Source: Pyrodictium abyssi (GTDB lineage Archaea > Thermoproteota > Thermoprotei_A > Sulfolobales > Pyrodictiaceae). From it: a stretch of 32,000 nt of DNA. Under the pieces are notes generated by a model. The model was not told the origin of the DNA. It was given only the letters and a program-made list of their open reading frames with translations, and made no database searches. This document shows positions 8,020-16,693 of the stretch, piece after piece (the stretch's first letter is position 1; each line of letters opens with the position of its first letter). The DNA is taken from positions 870,001 to 902,000 of the forward strand of contig NZ_AP028907.1 in assembly GCF_036323395.1 (NCBI RefSeq), in the 5' to 3' direction. The position numbers were made by a program, and so were the translations under genes.

Positions 8020-9171
8020 CTAGTCCACGCGCATCATTAGCTCTTCTCCGTAGTCTACAACCACTCGTATATACCCTCTCAGCTCCCGGTCGAGCTCCGG
8101 GTCCCCAGTATCGACGCGTAGCTTCCTCAGGTGCTGTACTTTATTTCTCGTAGCGACGACTACTATACCCTTCTTCCCTATAAGCCTTAGCACGCGTGGT
8201 GATATCTGCTGGTTACCTCGTCCTAGTATATATCCTTGGCCGCCTATCGGCGTGACTATTAGCTTTACCGAGCCGCCTCTGGCTAGGTGGCTCTTTACTA
8301 TCTCGTAGAGCTTCTCCTCATCAACGTCTAGGGCTACAACACGTCCATTATGCACGACGTCTACACCTAGAAGGGTCTTCTCGACACCCATCTCGTCGGC
8401 TATAGCTTTGACCGTGGAACCCGGCCCGAGGATATACAGTGTACACGGCTTCATGGACTCCACGACATACCTGGCTATAGCCTGCTTATTCTCTTCTTCA
8501 TCGGGGCTAGAGGGTGAAGGCTGTTTGCTAGAGCCCACCATCTTCGAGCTACAGGGGACGCGTGCTACGCCGTACAGCTTTACCCTTAGCTCTCCAGCTC
8601 TAAACGCCTCCTCGTCTATGTCGAGCACTTCTGCTTCGCAGAGCCCGCCAGAGTGTAGCCACTCCCACAGAACATCAGCAGCAGCCTCGGGGGTCTCAGC
8701 GTAGACAGAGCTATACATCTTGACCCCGGCAGGGACACCGAGAACGGGCACCTCATGGCTGGGGCCTAAGGCCTCTAGGACATCCCTCGCGGTGCCATCC
8801 CCGCCGACAAACACTACTATCTCCGAGCCCTCTTTGAGGCAGTTCTTAACAGCAGCTATCGTGTCCTGGCGGCGTGTAGGCCACCCCTGGGGCCTGTACA
8901 CGACTATGGCCCGTAGCCCCGCAGTGGCTGCCTCCTCCTCGCCCATTAGGCCGCCAGCAGTCAGTATGTCGAGGCCCTTGTCTATGCCTAGTGTTTTTAG
9001 CCGTGATAGGAACCTCGCGGCCTTCTGCGGCGAGACGAGAGCAGCGCCCCGCTCAAGAGCTATAAGTCCAGCCTCTCCATCGCTGCCCTTGAGGGCTAGA
9101 GGCCCGCCTATACCCGCTAAGGGATTTACCACAAAGCATAGTCTACGCCTCAAAAGACTGCACCCATGCAC
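8020..9171 (-). CDS. ATP-NAD/polyphosphate-NAD kinase-like protein (COG3199-like)
   Basis: CFVVNPLAGIGG N-terminus, FVGGDGTARDVLEAL (GGDGT motif), and LLGVDVVHNG segment. The track ORF extends to 9492, but homologous-looking sequence begins near the GTG at 9171 or TTG at 9153, and the longer form would overlap the divergent gene. Confidence 0.8.
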   Translation of the reverse strand: MHGCSLLRRRLCFVVNPLAGIGGPLALKGSDGEAGLIALERGAALVSPQKAARFLSRLKTLGIDKGLDILTAGGLMGEEEAATAGLRAIVVYRPQGWPTRRQDTIAAVKNCLKEGSEIVVFVGGDGTARDVLEALGPSHEVPVLGVPAGVKMYSSVYAETPEAAADVLWEWLHSGGLCEAEVLDIDEEAFRAGELRVKLYGVARVPCSSKMVGSSKQPSPSSPDEEENKQAIARYVVESMKPCTLYILGPGSTVKAIADEMGVEKTLLGVDVVHNGRVVALDVDEEKLYEIVKSHLARGGSVKLIVTPIGGQGYILGRGNQQISPRVLRLIGKKGIVVVATRNKVQHLRKLRVDTGDPELDRELRGYIRVVVDYGEELMMRVD

Positions 9172-9235
9172 CCTCGGGGCTCTAGGCCCAGAGTGGAGCT
9201 GTACGCTAAAACGGTAGAGATGGGGTAGGCGATCT

Positions 9236-9829
9236 ATGAATGCGGGAGATGATGTGCTGGGAGCGAGTAGGCGTGTACTATTCTTCGGAAGATTCCAGCC
9301 ATTCCACAATGGCCACCTAGCGGCGGTGAAGTGGCTGCTAGAGCGGTATGACGAGGTCGTGATACTCGTTGGTATGGCTGACGAGAGCCATACTTGGCGG
9401 AACCCCTTCACGGCGGGTGAGCGCCTGCTAATGATACGCGAGGCCCTCAGAAGCGCTGGCGTGGAACTCTCCAGGGTGATAACGGCTACCATACAGACTC
9501 TAACAGTATATAGTGGAAACTCTGGCTTTGTACTGGGCTACGTGCCTCCGGTAGACGCGGTGGCCACTGCTAACCCTGCAGTCAACCGTGCATTCCGTGA
9601 TGCCGGTGTGAAGACCGTCAAGCCGCCGCTAGTAAACAAGCACGTCTGGTGCGGAGAGTACATACGCTGCCTAATGCTCCGCGGCGACGAGTCCTGGAGA
9701 AGCCTAGTGCCAGAACCCGTACCCAGGATAATAGATAGTATCGATGGTGTAACGAGGATACGCGAGATTGTGAGCGAGACCATCTACAGAGTCGAGGCAG
9801 CGTGCAGCAGACTTGCACAGCAGCGGTAA
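9236..9829 (+). CDS. nadM: Nicotinamide-nucleotide adenylyltransferase, archaeal type
   Basis: FFGRFQPFHNGHLAAVKWLL (GRFQPxHxGH), GMADESHTWRNPFTAGERLLMI, and GVKTVKPPLVNKHVWCGEYIRCLML. Confidence 0.9.
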   Translation: MNAGDDVLGASRRVLFFGRFQPFHNGHLAAVKWLLERYDEVVILVGMADESHTWRNPFTAGERLLMIREALRSAGVELSRVITATIQTLTVYSGNSGFVLGYVPPVDAVATANPAVNRAFRDAGVKTVKPPLVNKHVWCGEYIRCLMLRGDESWRSLVPEPVPRIIDSIDGVTRIREIVSETIYRVEAACSRLAQQR

Positions 9830-10362
9830 CACGTACTACTAGCACGGAACAAGCCTACCAGACACTGGCCCGGGCATGTGGCTGCACTTACTAGCGCCCT
9901 GTACTTCTCGGCTAGACCTGTCGTAACCCCTGGCAGGACAAGGCTATCGGCGTCTAGCCATCCTATAACCTCGAGGACACGGGGATCCGAGAGAGCTATC
10001 ACAATAGCATCCCTAAGAGCTATAATATTCCTTGCTACAAACTCGGGGCCCCAATCGCTGCACAGCAACAAGGCTATAGTGTAGCTGTTTCTATGCAAGC
10101 AGTCTACGCCCTCGAGGAGCCTGGCAGCGGACTCTGTCACAATGGCTCCTGCTCTGCTAGACTCTATGAGGCCGGTAGCGCGGAGCCTTGCTAGAATGTT
10201 CCTTGTACGTTTATCGCCGAGACCCAGTATACGCGATATGCTAGGCCTGCCGATGGGGCCATGCTCTCTCACAACAAGGAGTACAGAGACATAGTCTATT
10301 AGGTTCCTACTGGGCAGTTCTCGCCCAAGGTTAGCTGCTATCTCTTTGGCCTTCCTGCACAT
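9784..10362 (-). CDS. Hypothetical protein with N-terminal winged-helix domain
   Basis: VLLVVREHGPIGRPSISRILGLGDKRTRNILARLRATGLIESSRAGAIVTESAARLL reads as wHTH. The C-terminal half is uncharacterised. Confidence 0.6.
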   Translation of the reverse strand: MCRKAKEIAANLGRELPSRNLIDYVSVLLVVREHGPIGRPSISRILGLGDKRTRNILARLRATGLIESSRAGAIVTESAARLLEGVDCLHRNSYTIALLLCSDWGPEFVARNIIALRDAIVIALSDPRVLEVIGWLDADSLVLPGVTTGLAEKYRALVSAATCPGQCLVGLFRASSTCYRCCASLLHAASTL

Positions 10363-10672
10363 TATCCTCCTCCTCTGCCGGGAGGCGGGGAACGGTAGTA
10401 CCGAAACTGTACCTCTTCACAACCTCCATCCACTCCTTCTCGTCCACATCTATACCCTCAGAAATGAGGTATGCAGCGAACTCCCGGGCCGTAACCTCCT
10501 CGCTATAGAGTATCTTCCTTTCGATGTCCCGCCAGTTGCTCTGTGCTCTTATCCCGGCCTCCTCGTAGAGCCACTCTGCAAGCTGGCCCGGCTCTATCCC
10601 CGCCTCGCGTGCACGCCGCAGGAGCATCTCCTTAAGCTTCCTATCTAGTAGCCGTCTACGGACATACGCCAA
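10331..10672 (-). CDS. Small hypothetical protein
   Basis: 113-aa ORF rich in Arg/Lys/Glu with coherent helical segments. It overlaps the next minus-strand ORF by 32 nt, consistent with co-transcription. Confidence 0.55.
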   Translation of the reverse strand: MAYVRRRLLDRKLKEMLLRRAREAGIEPGQLAEWLYEEAGIRAQSNWRDIERKILYSEEVTAREFAAYLISEGIDVDEKEWMEVVKRYSFGTTVPRLPAEEEDNVQEGQRDSS

Positions 10673-10855
10673 GAGCCGGCCTCCCCCGGTCCGTGAAGTC
10701 TACATCCCCTCTTTAGCCCTAAAGGGTTAGCTACAAGGCCCCGGTCATCGGCCGGCGTATTCTACTGTACACTCTGGACCCGTTAAATAGAGCCGTTAAG
10801 CGCAGCCCGTAGGCTCCGCCAGGAGCTGGTAGAAGCGGCGGGGATACTGCCACAG

Positions 10856-11254
10856 CTAGCCGCCGAGGTTCATGTTCTTGACTGGAAGCTTCAGGTAGTC
10901 TACAACCTTCTGCACAATCCAGGCGTAGCGTGGGTCACCGTAGCTATAGCGGAGCTTAAGCTTGCGGTAGACAGCCCGGTAGAGTAGCTGCGCGTCAGGC
11001 GAGTAGACCTCTATAAAGCCCTTAACGTGGCCCCGAAGGTTCTTCACGAGGTAGACGTACACCAGGTACCAGCCCTGGGGCACAGCTATGGAAGCAGTGT
11101 AGGCGCTGCCCCTGCTATACAGTGGCTTCTCCTTCTGAGTTATCCTAGGCCGCGGCTCTACTATCTCACCGTTCTCGGATACCAGTAGAGCAAGGCTCCG
11201 CACGGCATGCTTGCCGCTACGGCTCTTGCTCATTTCTATCCTAACATTCAGCAT
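10856..11254 (-). CDS. Hypothetical protein (132 aa)
   Basis: MLNVRIEMSKSRSGKHAVRSLALLVSENGEIV... coherent beta-rich protein-like ORF in a minus-strand gene run. Confidence 0.6.
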   Translation of the reverse strand: MLNVRIEMSKSRSGKHAVRSLALLVSENGEIVEPRPRITQKEKPLYSRGSAYTASIAVPQGWYLVYVYLVKNLRGHVKGFIEVYSPDAQLLYRAVYRKLKLRYSYGDPRYAWIVQKVVDYLKLPVKNMNLGG

Positions 11255-11289
11255 AACGCTCAGCCCCTCGTGCCAGAGGGCGGGGAGGC

Positions 11290-11583
11290 TTATTGAGCCG
11301 GGGCAGTTCCACGTACTATGAGTACTGTGCCGCTAGTAGATATCTCTGCGTCATCGTCTATGACGTATAGCGTGACACCGTTATACATGCCAGTGGGCAG
11401 CCTAGCTCTAACACCATCAAGTACTACACTCTTTACCCCGCTGTACACCTCCTCGGATACCATCCGCCCGGAATCATCGTATACAACCTTCTTTACTGCG
11501 CCCCTATCACGCATGTGAAAGATAAGAGTCGTGGACATAACCCTAGCCCCTGCTAGGCTGCAGCACGGGCGCCCTATATACAA
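11290..11583 (-). CDS. Small hypothetical protein
   Basis: 97-aa ORF. The biological start may be the internal Met of MSTTLIFHMRDRGAVKKVVYDDSG. Confidence 0.45.
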   Translation of the reverse strand: MYIGRPCCSLAGARVMSTTLIFHMRDRGAVKKVVYDDSGRMVSEEVYSGVKSVVLDGVRARLPTGMYNGVTLYVIDDDAEISTSGTVLIVRGTAPAQ

Positions 11584-11607
11584 GGTGCCTCTAGGAGGCC
11601 GGGCAGC

Positions 11608-11964
11608 CTAATCCTCCACCTCTATATAGAACCTTGGCGGGTCTATGCGCTGGCTCTTGCACCTAGGACACTTGCTCGGCTTCCTAGGCGTATCGAGCCC
11701 CTTAAACACGTACCCGCAGCTCTTACAGCTGGGCGGGATCATATACAGAACAGCTCTCCCACTATAGCTGCGCCTAAGAGTCTTCGCAATATGCTTCAGA
11801 TGAAGATAGACCTCGTGCTCACCGGTAACAGGGTCTAGGCCTACGAGCTCTGCTATCTCCCTAGCTGATAGCGGTGACCTGCTTTCAAGAAGGACGTGGA
11901 TAATGCGTTTACGTGTAGTGTCTTCGAGCGACAAGAGTCTGCTCCCTATGACAACTAGTGGCAA
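11608..11964 (-). CDS. Predicted transcriptional regulator: HTH domain fused to Zn ribbon (COG3357-like)
   Basis: ARS/LEXA-like wHTH (SPLSAREIAELVGLDPVTGEHEVYLHLKHIAKTLRR) followed by CKSCGYVFKGLDTPRKPSKCPRCKSQRI. Confidence 0.75.
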   Translation of the reverse strand: MPLVVIGSRLLSLEDTTRKRIIHVLLESRSPLSAREIAELVGLDPVTGEHEVYLHLKHIAKTLRRSYSGRAVLYMIPPSCKSCGYVFKGLDTPRKPSKCPRCKSQRIDPPRFYIEVED

Positions 11965-12009
11965 CCAATAGCTAATACATGTAGATGTACGGGGATATCC
12001 GTCGTGGCG

Positions 12010-12498
12010 CTATGCTGGCTTCTCAATTATCTCTGCTAGGCGCTGCTCGGCTACAGCTTCAGCTTCGTCGAGTATCTTCCGTACATGCTCGCCGACTACC
12101 GGGTCGTCGGCAATGGAGAGCTCGACCCCAGATATCGACGCTATGGACGACACCATGTTCTCGAGATCAGCTAGCATGCTTGCTACTCCGGGGGCTATCA
12201 TCCCGTATGCATGTTTTACCTCGGCTAGTGTCCTCTTTATTATGGACAGATCCTCTGATGAGAGAGCCCCGATGTTAGCCAGTGTTTCAAGCCTTATTGA
12301 TAGGACTTCGAGGACAGCCTGTAGCCGGAGGACGTTATGAAGCATCTGGTAGAGAGAAGGATCGCCGGTCCTCTCATAGCTAGACTTCAGCCTTGCTACT
12401 AGTAGGCCGAGCCTAGAGACAGCATAGCGTGTAGCCACGGCTAGCTCTAGCAGCTTAATCCTAGGGGATGTCTTCTGCCGTCGCCGTCTGAATAGCAT
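12010..12498 (-). CDS. Short ESCRT-III/Snf7-like (CdvB-paralogue-like) protein
   Basis: Basic N-terminus (LFRRRRQK), long helical core YAVSRLGLLVARLKSSYER...MLHNVLRLQAVLEVLSIRLETLANIG, then LAEVKHAYGMIAPGVASMLADLENMVSSI and an acidic helical tail. The pattern resembles crenarchaeal CdvB proteins. Confidence 0.55.
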   Translation of the reverse strand: MLFRRRRQKTSPRIKLLELAVATRYAVSRLGLLVARLKSSYERTGDPSLYQMLHNVLRLQAVLEVLSIRLETLANIGALSSEDLSIIKRTLAEVKHAYGMIAPGVASMLADLENMVSSIASISGVELSIADDPVVGEHVRKILDEAEAVAEQRLAEIIEKPA

Positions 12499-12629
12499 GA
12501 TGCTTCTAGCCCCCGGCCGGAGACTTGTTCCTAGGCTACGGCCAGTACCCGGTTTTAGCGGTGTACAGCCCCATATACGATACTATACAGCTAGGGCAGC
12601 CTATTGGGGGAAGAAAAGCTGTGGGGCTC

Positions 12630-14870
12630 TTAGCCCTTCCACTTGTATAGTATGAGTGCCTGCACGAGGTAGTAGATGTTGCCGTTTGCATTGACTGCTA
12701 GAACTCTACCCTTGGAGTCCATGTAGAAGCCTAGTATCACCTTGTATGGCTCAAAGTGCTTGAACTCGACGGGTGTAGTCTTCTCGCCGAATAGTATGAC
12801 GTTCCTTATGTTTGTCTTCACGGTCTTGAGATGCTCTCTCGGGAACACGTCTCCTACCTTACCGAAGCTGTACGGCGCGCTTGCGAACATCTTGTATATC
12901 AGTGTCTGCTTGTACTTAGCGTTGCCGACGGCAAAGCCAAGCTTATCCTTCCCGGCTATATGTAGCATAGCCCACGACTTAGCTATGTCTATCGCGGGGA
13001 AGTTTGCCAGGCCTATAGTGTATATTAGGGTCCCGTTCACTGGGTCGAATAACGCGTTGTCGTGCACGAATATGAGGGTCTTGCCAGGCTTCAAGTGTAA
13101 CTTGCCAAGTATACTTACGGCTTCCTCCTCGCTGGTTGATGTGAAGAACTCTGCTAGCAGCCTTATCTGGGTCCCGTTACTCGTTGCACCGTCGGCGAGT
13201 GTTGGACGATTAGCGCCAACGCTTATCCAGTAGCCATAGTCCCACCACGCGACTACTACTGTATCGTTTGTCGTCTCGCGGTCTAGTACGTCGAGCATGT
13301 AGAGCCAGCCATACTGCTGGGCGTTCAAGCTATAGCCAGTCACGCTTGCAACCTGGCTAGACATCATAGCATAAGTCGTCTTAGCGCCTAGGACTGCAGC
13401 CACGAGGATGGCTATCACGAAGGCGGCCGTAGCTACAAGCCTCAGCTCGCTTGTATGCAGTGTCTGGCGCTTTGAGCGAGGCATCGTGCTCCTGGGCCTG
13501 GCGGAGGCTACTATGCCGAGTGTTGCGGCTATAGCTAGTACTCCCGCAACGGATGATGCTTGTAGGAAGTAGAGCATTCCAAGCACAGCGTAGTAGAGGC
13601 CCATGGCGGTCAGGGCTAGAGGCAGATGCTCTGGTTCTTTTCGGCGGAACGCCCTGTACAGCAGGTACAGTGCTGCTACAGGTGTGAAGAGGGCAGCGAT
13701 GTTGCCCTGACGGACGAAGTTGTCAAAGAGACCGGGGTTCGATAGAGGCGAGGAATGCTCAGCGACAGTCTCCGCGAGCGCGGATAGATGGAGCTTCCCC
13801 ATAAGGCGGAGCGGCCACGCCAGGGCGAAGAGCGCTCTACCACTAATACCGAGCATGGGTGCGGCTAGTACGCCGGCAACGAGGAGAGCGACAACTACGA
13901 TAGAGTAGAGCCTTGTAGCCGGTATCGCTGCCATACTAGATACGCGGCGTAGCTGAGCCAGCTCTATAGCCTTCACTATCATGTACGACACAACAGTGCC
14001 GAGCACAGCTATTATACCGTATTTCACCGACACAGGCCCATACATAGACGCAATATAAGTAGCAGAGGCAAACCCAGCTCCCACGGCTATACTGGCTTTA
14101 GCGATCTCAGCAGAGTATCTCCATTCTACCGTCAGCGGCGCCAGCAGCGACGCTACAGCGATCAGTAGTGCAGCGAACGAGTAGCCGCCCCACACGAAGC
14201 CTATGGAACCTAGTACAAGTCCTGTCGCTAGCGCTATCGGGATGTTACGCCTCCGGAGAGTCTCGCTATAAAGCAGGAGCCCAGCTATAAGGAACGGTAT
14301 AGCGATTCCAGTCTTCTCCACGAAACCAGCGAATGTCCTCGCGCTAGAGGCAGGCAGCACTGCAAGCAATAGAGCAGCGGCAATACCTGCTAGCTCCCCA
14401 TAGAACCGTCTAATGTACAGATAGGCTATAGGGACCATGAGTGCGCCGAATATTGGGGGGAGCAGAGAGACCCAGCGTACAGTGCTCAGCGAGCCGGGCG
14501 CCAGCGCCCCGATGACAGGTGCGAATGGGTACTCTCCTCTGGCGAAGTCCCTTCCCCATGGATACCAGAATATATGGGTATCAGGGTTATCCCGAGTTAG
14601 GCTGGTCCATGAGCCTATACCGTGTGTCCGCAGATACTCAGCCAGCCAGTACTCTATCCAAGGGTCATTGGCGTTGAGGAATGCGTACTCAGCCTTGTCG
14701 CCGAGGCCTAGGCCTACAGCCCTAGCGTATATGGCTTGATAGTTTTTGTAAGGTAATGCACGGAGGTAGAAGGCCATAGCAGTGAACAATATAACAAGAG
14801 ATACAGCTATAATCGTAAACGCTTTACTGTTTGTCATTGAGCTTAGCCGGTTAAGGGTTCTGTCCATCAT
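12630..14870 (-). CDS. aglB: Dolichyl-phosphooligosaccharide-protein glycotransferase (Stt3/AglB)
   Basis: Multi-pass membrane N-terminus, NDPWIEYWLAEYLRTHG and DNPDTHIFWYPWGRDFA loop motifs, and catalytic-region motif VAWWDYGYWISVGANRPTLADGAT. Confidence 0.95.
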   Translation of the reverse strand: MMDRTLNRLSSMTNSKAFTIIAVSLVILFTAMAFYLRALPYKNYQAIYARAVGLGLGDKAEYAFLNANDPWIEYWLAEYLRTHGIGSWTSLTRDNPDTHIFWYPWGRDFARGEYPFAPVIGALAPGSLSTVRWVSLLPPIFGALMVPIAYLYIRRFYGELAGIAAALLLAVLPASSARTFAGFVEKTGIAIPFLIAGLLLYSETLRRRNIPIALATGLVLGSIGFVWGGYSFAALLIAVASLLAPLTVEWRYSAEIAKASIAVGAGFASATYIASMYGPVSVKYGIIAVLGTVVSYMIVKAIELAQLRRVSSMAAIPATRLYSIVVVALLVAGVLAAPMLGISGRALFALAWPLRLMGKLHLSALAETVAEHSSPLSNPGLFDNFVRQGNIAALFTPVAALYLLYRAFRRKEPEHLPLALTAMGLYYAVLGMLYFLQASSVAGVLAIAATLGIVASARPRSTMPRSKRQTLHTSELRLVATAAFVIAILVAAVLGAKTTYAMMSSQVASVTGYSLNAQQYGWLYMLDVLDRETTNDTVVVAWWDYGYWISVGANRPTLADGATSNGTQIRLLAEFFTSTSEEEAVSILGKLHLKPGKTLIFVHDNALFDPVNGTLIYTIGLANFPAIDIAKSWAMLHIAGKDKLGFAVGNAKYKQTLIYKMFASAPYSFGKVGDVFPREHLKTVKTNIRNVILFGEKTTPVEFKHFEPYKVILGFYMDSKGRVLAVNANGNIYYLVQALILYKWKG

Positions 14871-14889
14871 GGCTACACCCCGGCAGTGG

Positions 14890-15132
14890 TCAGCCCCTCG
14901 CCCTGAGCTTCAGAGCTCTAGCTATATTTGCTAATGCGAGTATAGATGCAAAAGCGTTCAGCACAGTAAAAACGACATCCCTGAGGAGGATAGCGTATAC
15001 TGTAAGCAAGATACTGCCGATTAGGTAGAGTGTGCTAAGCCTTAGAGGAGGCACAGCAGAGAGAGAAGCCGCCCAGCCAGCTATTATGAACACCATGCCA
15101 GCTATGCCTATAGCGGTCTGCGGCTCGACCAT
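14890..15132 (-). CDS. Small three-helix integral membrane protein
   Basis: 80 aa, almost entirely hydrophobic with three predicted TM segments. The topology recalls SemiSWEET/MtN3 half-transporters, but no PQ motif is seen. Confidence 0.5.
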   Translation of the reverse strand: MVEPQTAIGIAGMVFIIAGWAASLSAVPPLRLSTLYLIGSILLTVYAILLRDVVFTVLNAFASILALANIARALKLRARG

Positions 15133-15169
15133 GCCCGGCTATCCTTGGGCTAGGCGGTACTACTAGGAA

Positions 15170-15180
15170 GCATAAAAAGG
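15170..15180 (+). promoter_or_regulatory. Putative TATA box for the 15221-15574 ORF
   Basis: cataaaaagg about 40-50 nt upstream of ATG 15221; supports ATG 15221 over the GTG at 15185. Confidence 0.35.
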
Positions 15181-15220
15181 CTGAGTGCAGCGCAGCGGTC
15201 CTCGGGGTGGCGTATTAGCC

Positions 15221-15574
15221 ATGACCCTTGCGGAGATAGTCTTTCAGAAGAAGAAGCTAGAGGAGAAATACGGAGTTGAGGGCAAGGTAGCAGGCCTCTA
15301 CGTAGAAGCTGGCTACGATGTGAGAATGGGCTTCAATACCGGCAAGGGTAGGCTCTCGTTCGTAGCCAAGAAGGGTGGCCAGCTCCTAGCTGTAGACGTT
15401 GTCGTGGCGAGCAAGACGGTGGGCCGCGACGCCGTAGAGGCTATAGCGGAGAAGGCTAAGACAATAAATGCTAAGCCCGTGCTAGTGCTCTATGGCGCTG
15501 GGCCGAAGCTGTCCGACGAGGCAAAGGCGGTAGCCCGGGAGCTTGGTGTAGAAATCCGGAGAGTGCGCCCATAG
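15221..15574 (+). CDS. Conserved hypothetical protein with restriction-endonuclease-like (Hjc/REase-fold-like) pattern
   Basis: KKKLEEKYGVEGKVAGLYVEAGYDVRMGFNTGKGRLSFVAKKGGQLLAVDVVVASKTVGRDAVEAIAEKAKTINAKPVLVLYGAGPKLSDEAKAVARELGVEIRRV shows an alpha-beta-beta-beta-alpha-beta rhythm typical of REase folds. Confidence 0.5.
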   Translation: MTLAEIVFQKKKLEEKYGVEGKVAGLYVEAGYDVRMGFNTGKGRLSFVAKKGGQLLAVDVVVASKTVGRDAVEAIAEKAKTINAKPVLVLYGAGPKLSDEAKAVARELGVEIRRVRP

Positions 15575-15606
15575 AGCGATAAACACACAGCGATGGCTGA
15601 ATGCTC

Positions 15607-16557
15607 TTAGGATAGTATTAGCGCGAGTACGGCTTTTTGGACGTGAAGACGGTTCTCTGCCTGGTCCCAGACTACGCTCCATGGCCCTTCTATCACGTCG
15701 TCAGTAACTTCTTCCCCACGATGTGCGGGTAGACAGTGCATGAATACCGCCCTGTTAGATGCTAGTGACATAAGCTCTGCGTTCACCTGGTAGTCCTGGA
15801 GTAGCTTCCGCCGCTCCTCTGCCTCAGCCTCCTCGCCCATACTGACCCAGACATCTGTATAGACCACGTCGGCTCCCCGGACAGCCTCCTTCGGGTCCTC
15901 AAGGAGCTCTATCGTGGCCCCCGTCTCCGAGGCGGCAGCCCTTGCAGCCTCAAGCACGTCTCTACGGGGCTGCAGAGCAGGCGGCGAGGCAACTGCTATG
16001 TGTCCGCCAAGCTTCGCAATCACAAGCAGCAGGCTATGTGCCACGTTGTTGCGGCCGTCGCCCACGTATACTACCTTGACGCGGTCTATGGCGCCAAACT
16101 TCTCTTTTATCGTGAACGCGTCAGCTAAGGCCTGAAGCGGGTGCTCCACATCGCTAAGCATGTTTATGACCGGGACTGTAGCGTAAGCCGCCATTTCCTC
16201 GAGGCTTTCGTGGCTGTATACACGGGCAGCTATGGCGTCAACGTAGCGAGAGAGCACCCGCGCGGTATCCTTTATGGGCTCGCCACGGCCGAGCTGTAGC
16301 TCCTCTCTCCGGAGAGCAAGCGGGTAGGCACCAAGCTGAACCGCTGCAACCTCCATGCTTACACGGGTCCGTGTACTAGGCTTCTCAAATATCAACGCAA
16401 TAGTTCTACCCGAGAGTAGAGGAATTACACGCTCGCCAGCATAGTAGCGCTGCTTAAGCTGCTGAGCAGTATCAAGTATTAGCCGTATCTCTTCCGGAGA
16501 AAGGTCTCGTATAGACAGAAGGTCACGCCCAGAAAGCGGTCCTGGCAAACCCGGCAC
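15607..16557 (-). CDS. argF: Ornithine carbamoyltransferase
   Basis: [20 protein letters not shown] carbamoyl-phosphate-binding motif, [46 protein letters not shown], and [24 protein letters not shown] start. Confidence 0.95.
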   Translation of the reverse strand: MPGLPGPLSGRDLLSIRDLSPEEIRLILDTAQQLKQRYYAGERVIPLLSGRTIALIFEKPSTRTRVSMEVAAVQLGAYPLALRREELQLGRGEPIKDTARVLSRYVDAIAARVYSHESLEEMAAYATVPVINMLSDVEHPLQALADAFTIKEKFGAIDRVKVVYVGDGRNNVAHSLLLVIAKLGGHIAVASPPALQPRRDVLEAARAAASETGATIELLEDPKEAVRGADVVYTDVWVSMGEEAEAEERRKLLQDYQVNAELMSLASNRAVFMHCLPAHRGEEVTDDVIEGPWSVVWDQAENRLHVQKAVLALILS

Positions 16558-16693
16558 CCTGGCCGCGCATACACCAAGCCGTGGGATAATAGTGTATCCC
16601 GTTACTCCGCGTGCCGTGGCTTAGGCTGTTATGGTGCTCAGGCCATGGGAGTTTCCTCATCCCTCCCTCGAGGTCGGAGACCGCTAATCCACA

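Noticed and set aside
9172-9492. N-terminal extension of the NAD kinase-like ORF up to 9492
   Set aside because: The extended sequence looks like antisense of the divergent nadM gene, and family-like sequence begins at about 9153-9171.
12742-13908. Plus-strand ORFs antisense to aglB (12742..13233, 13720..13908)
   Set aside because: Their composition is that of a shadow frame of a well-supported gene.
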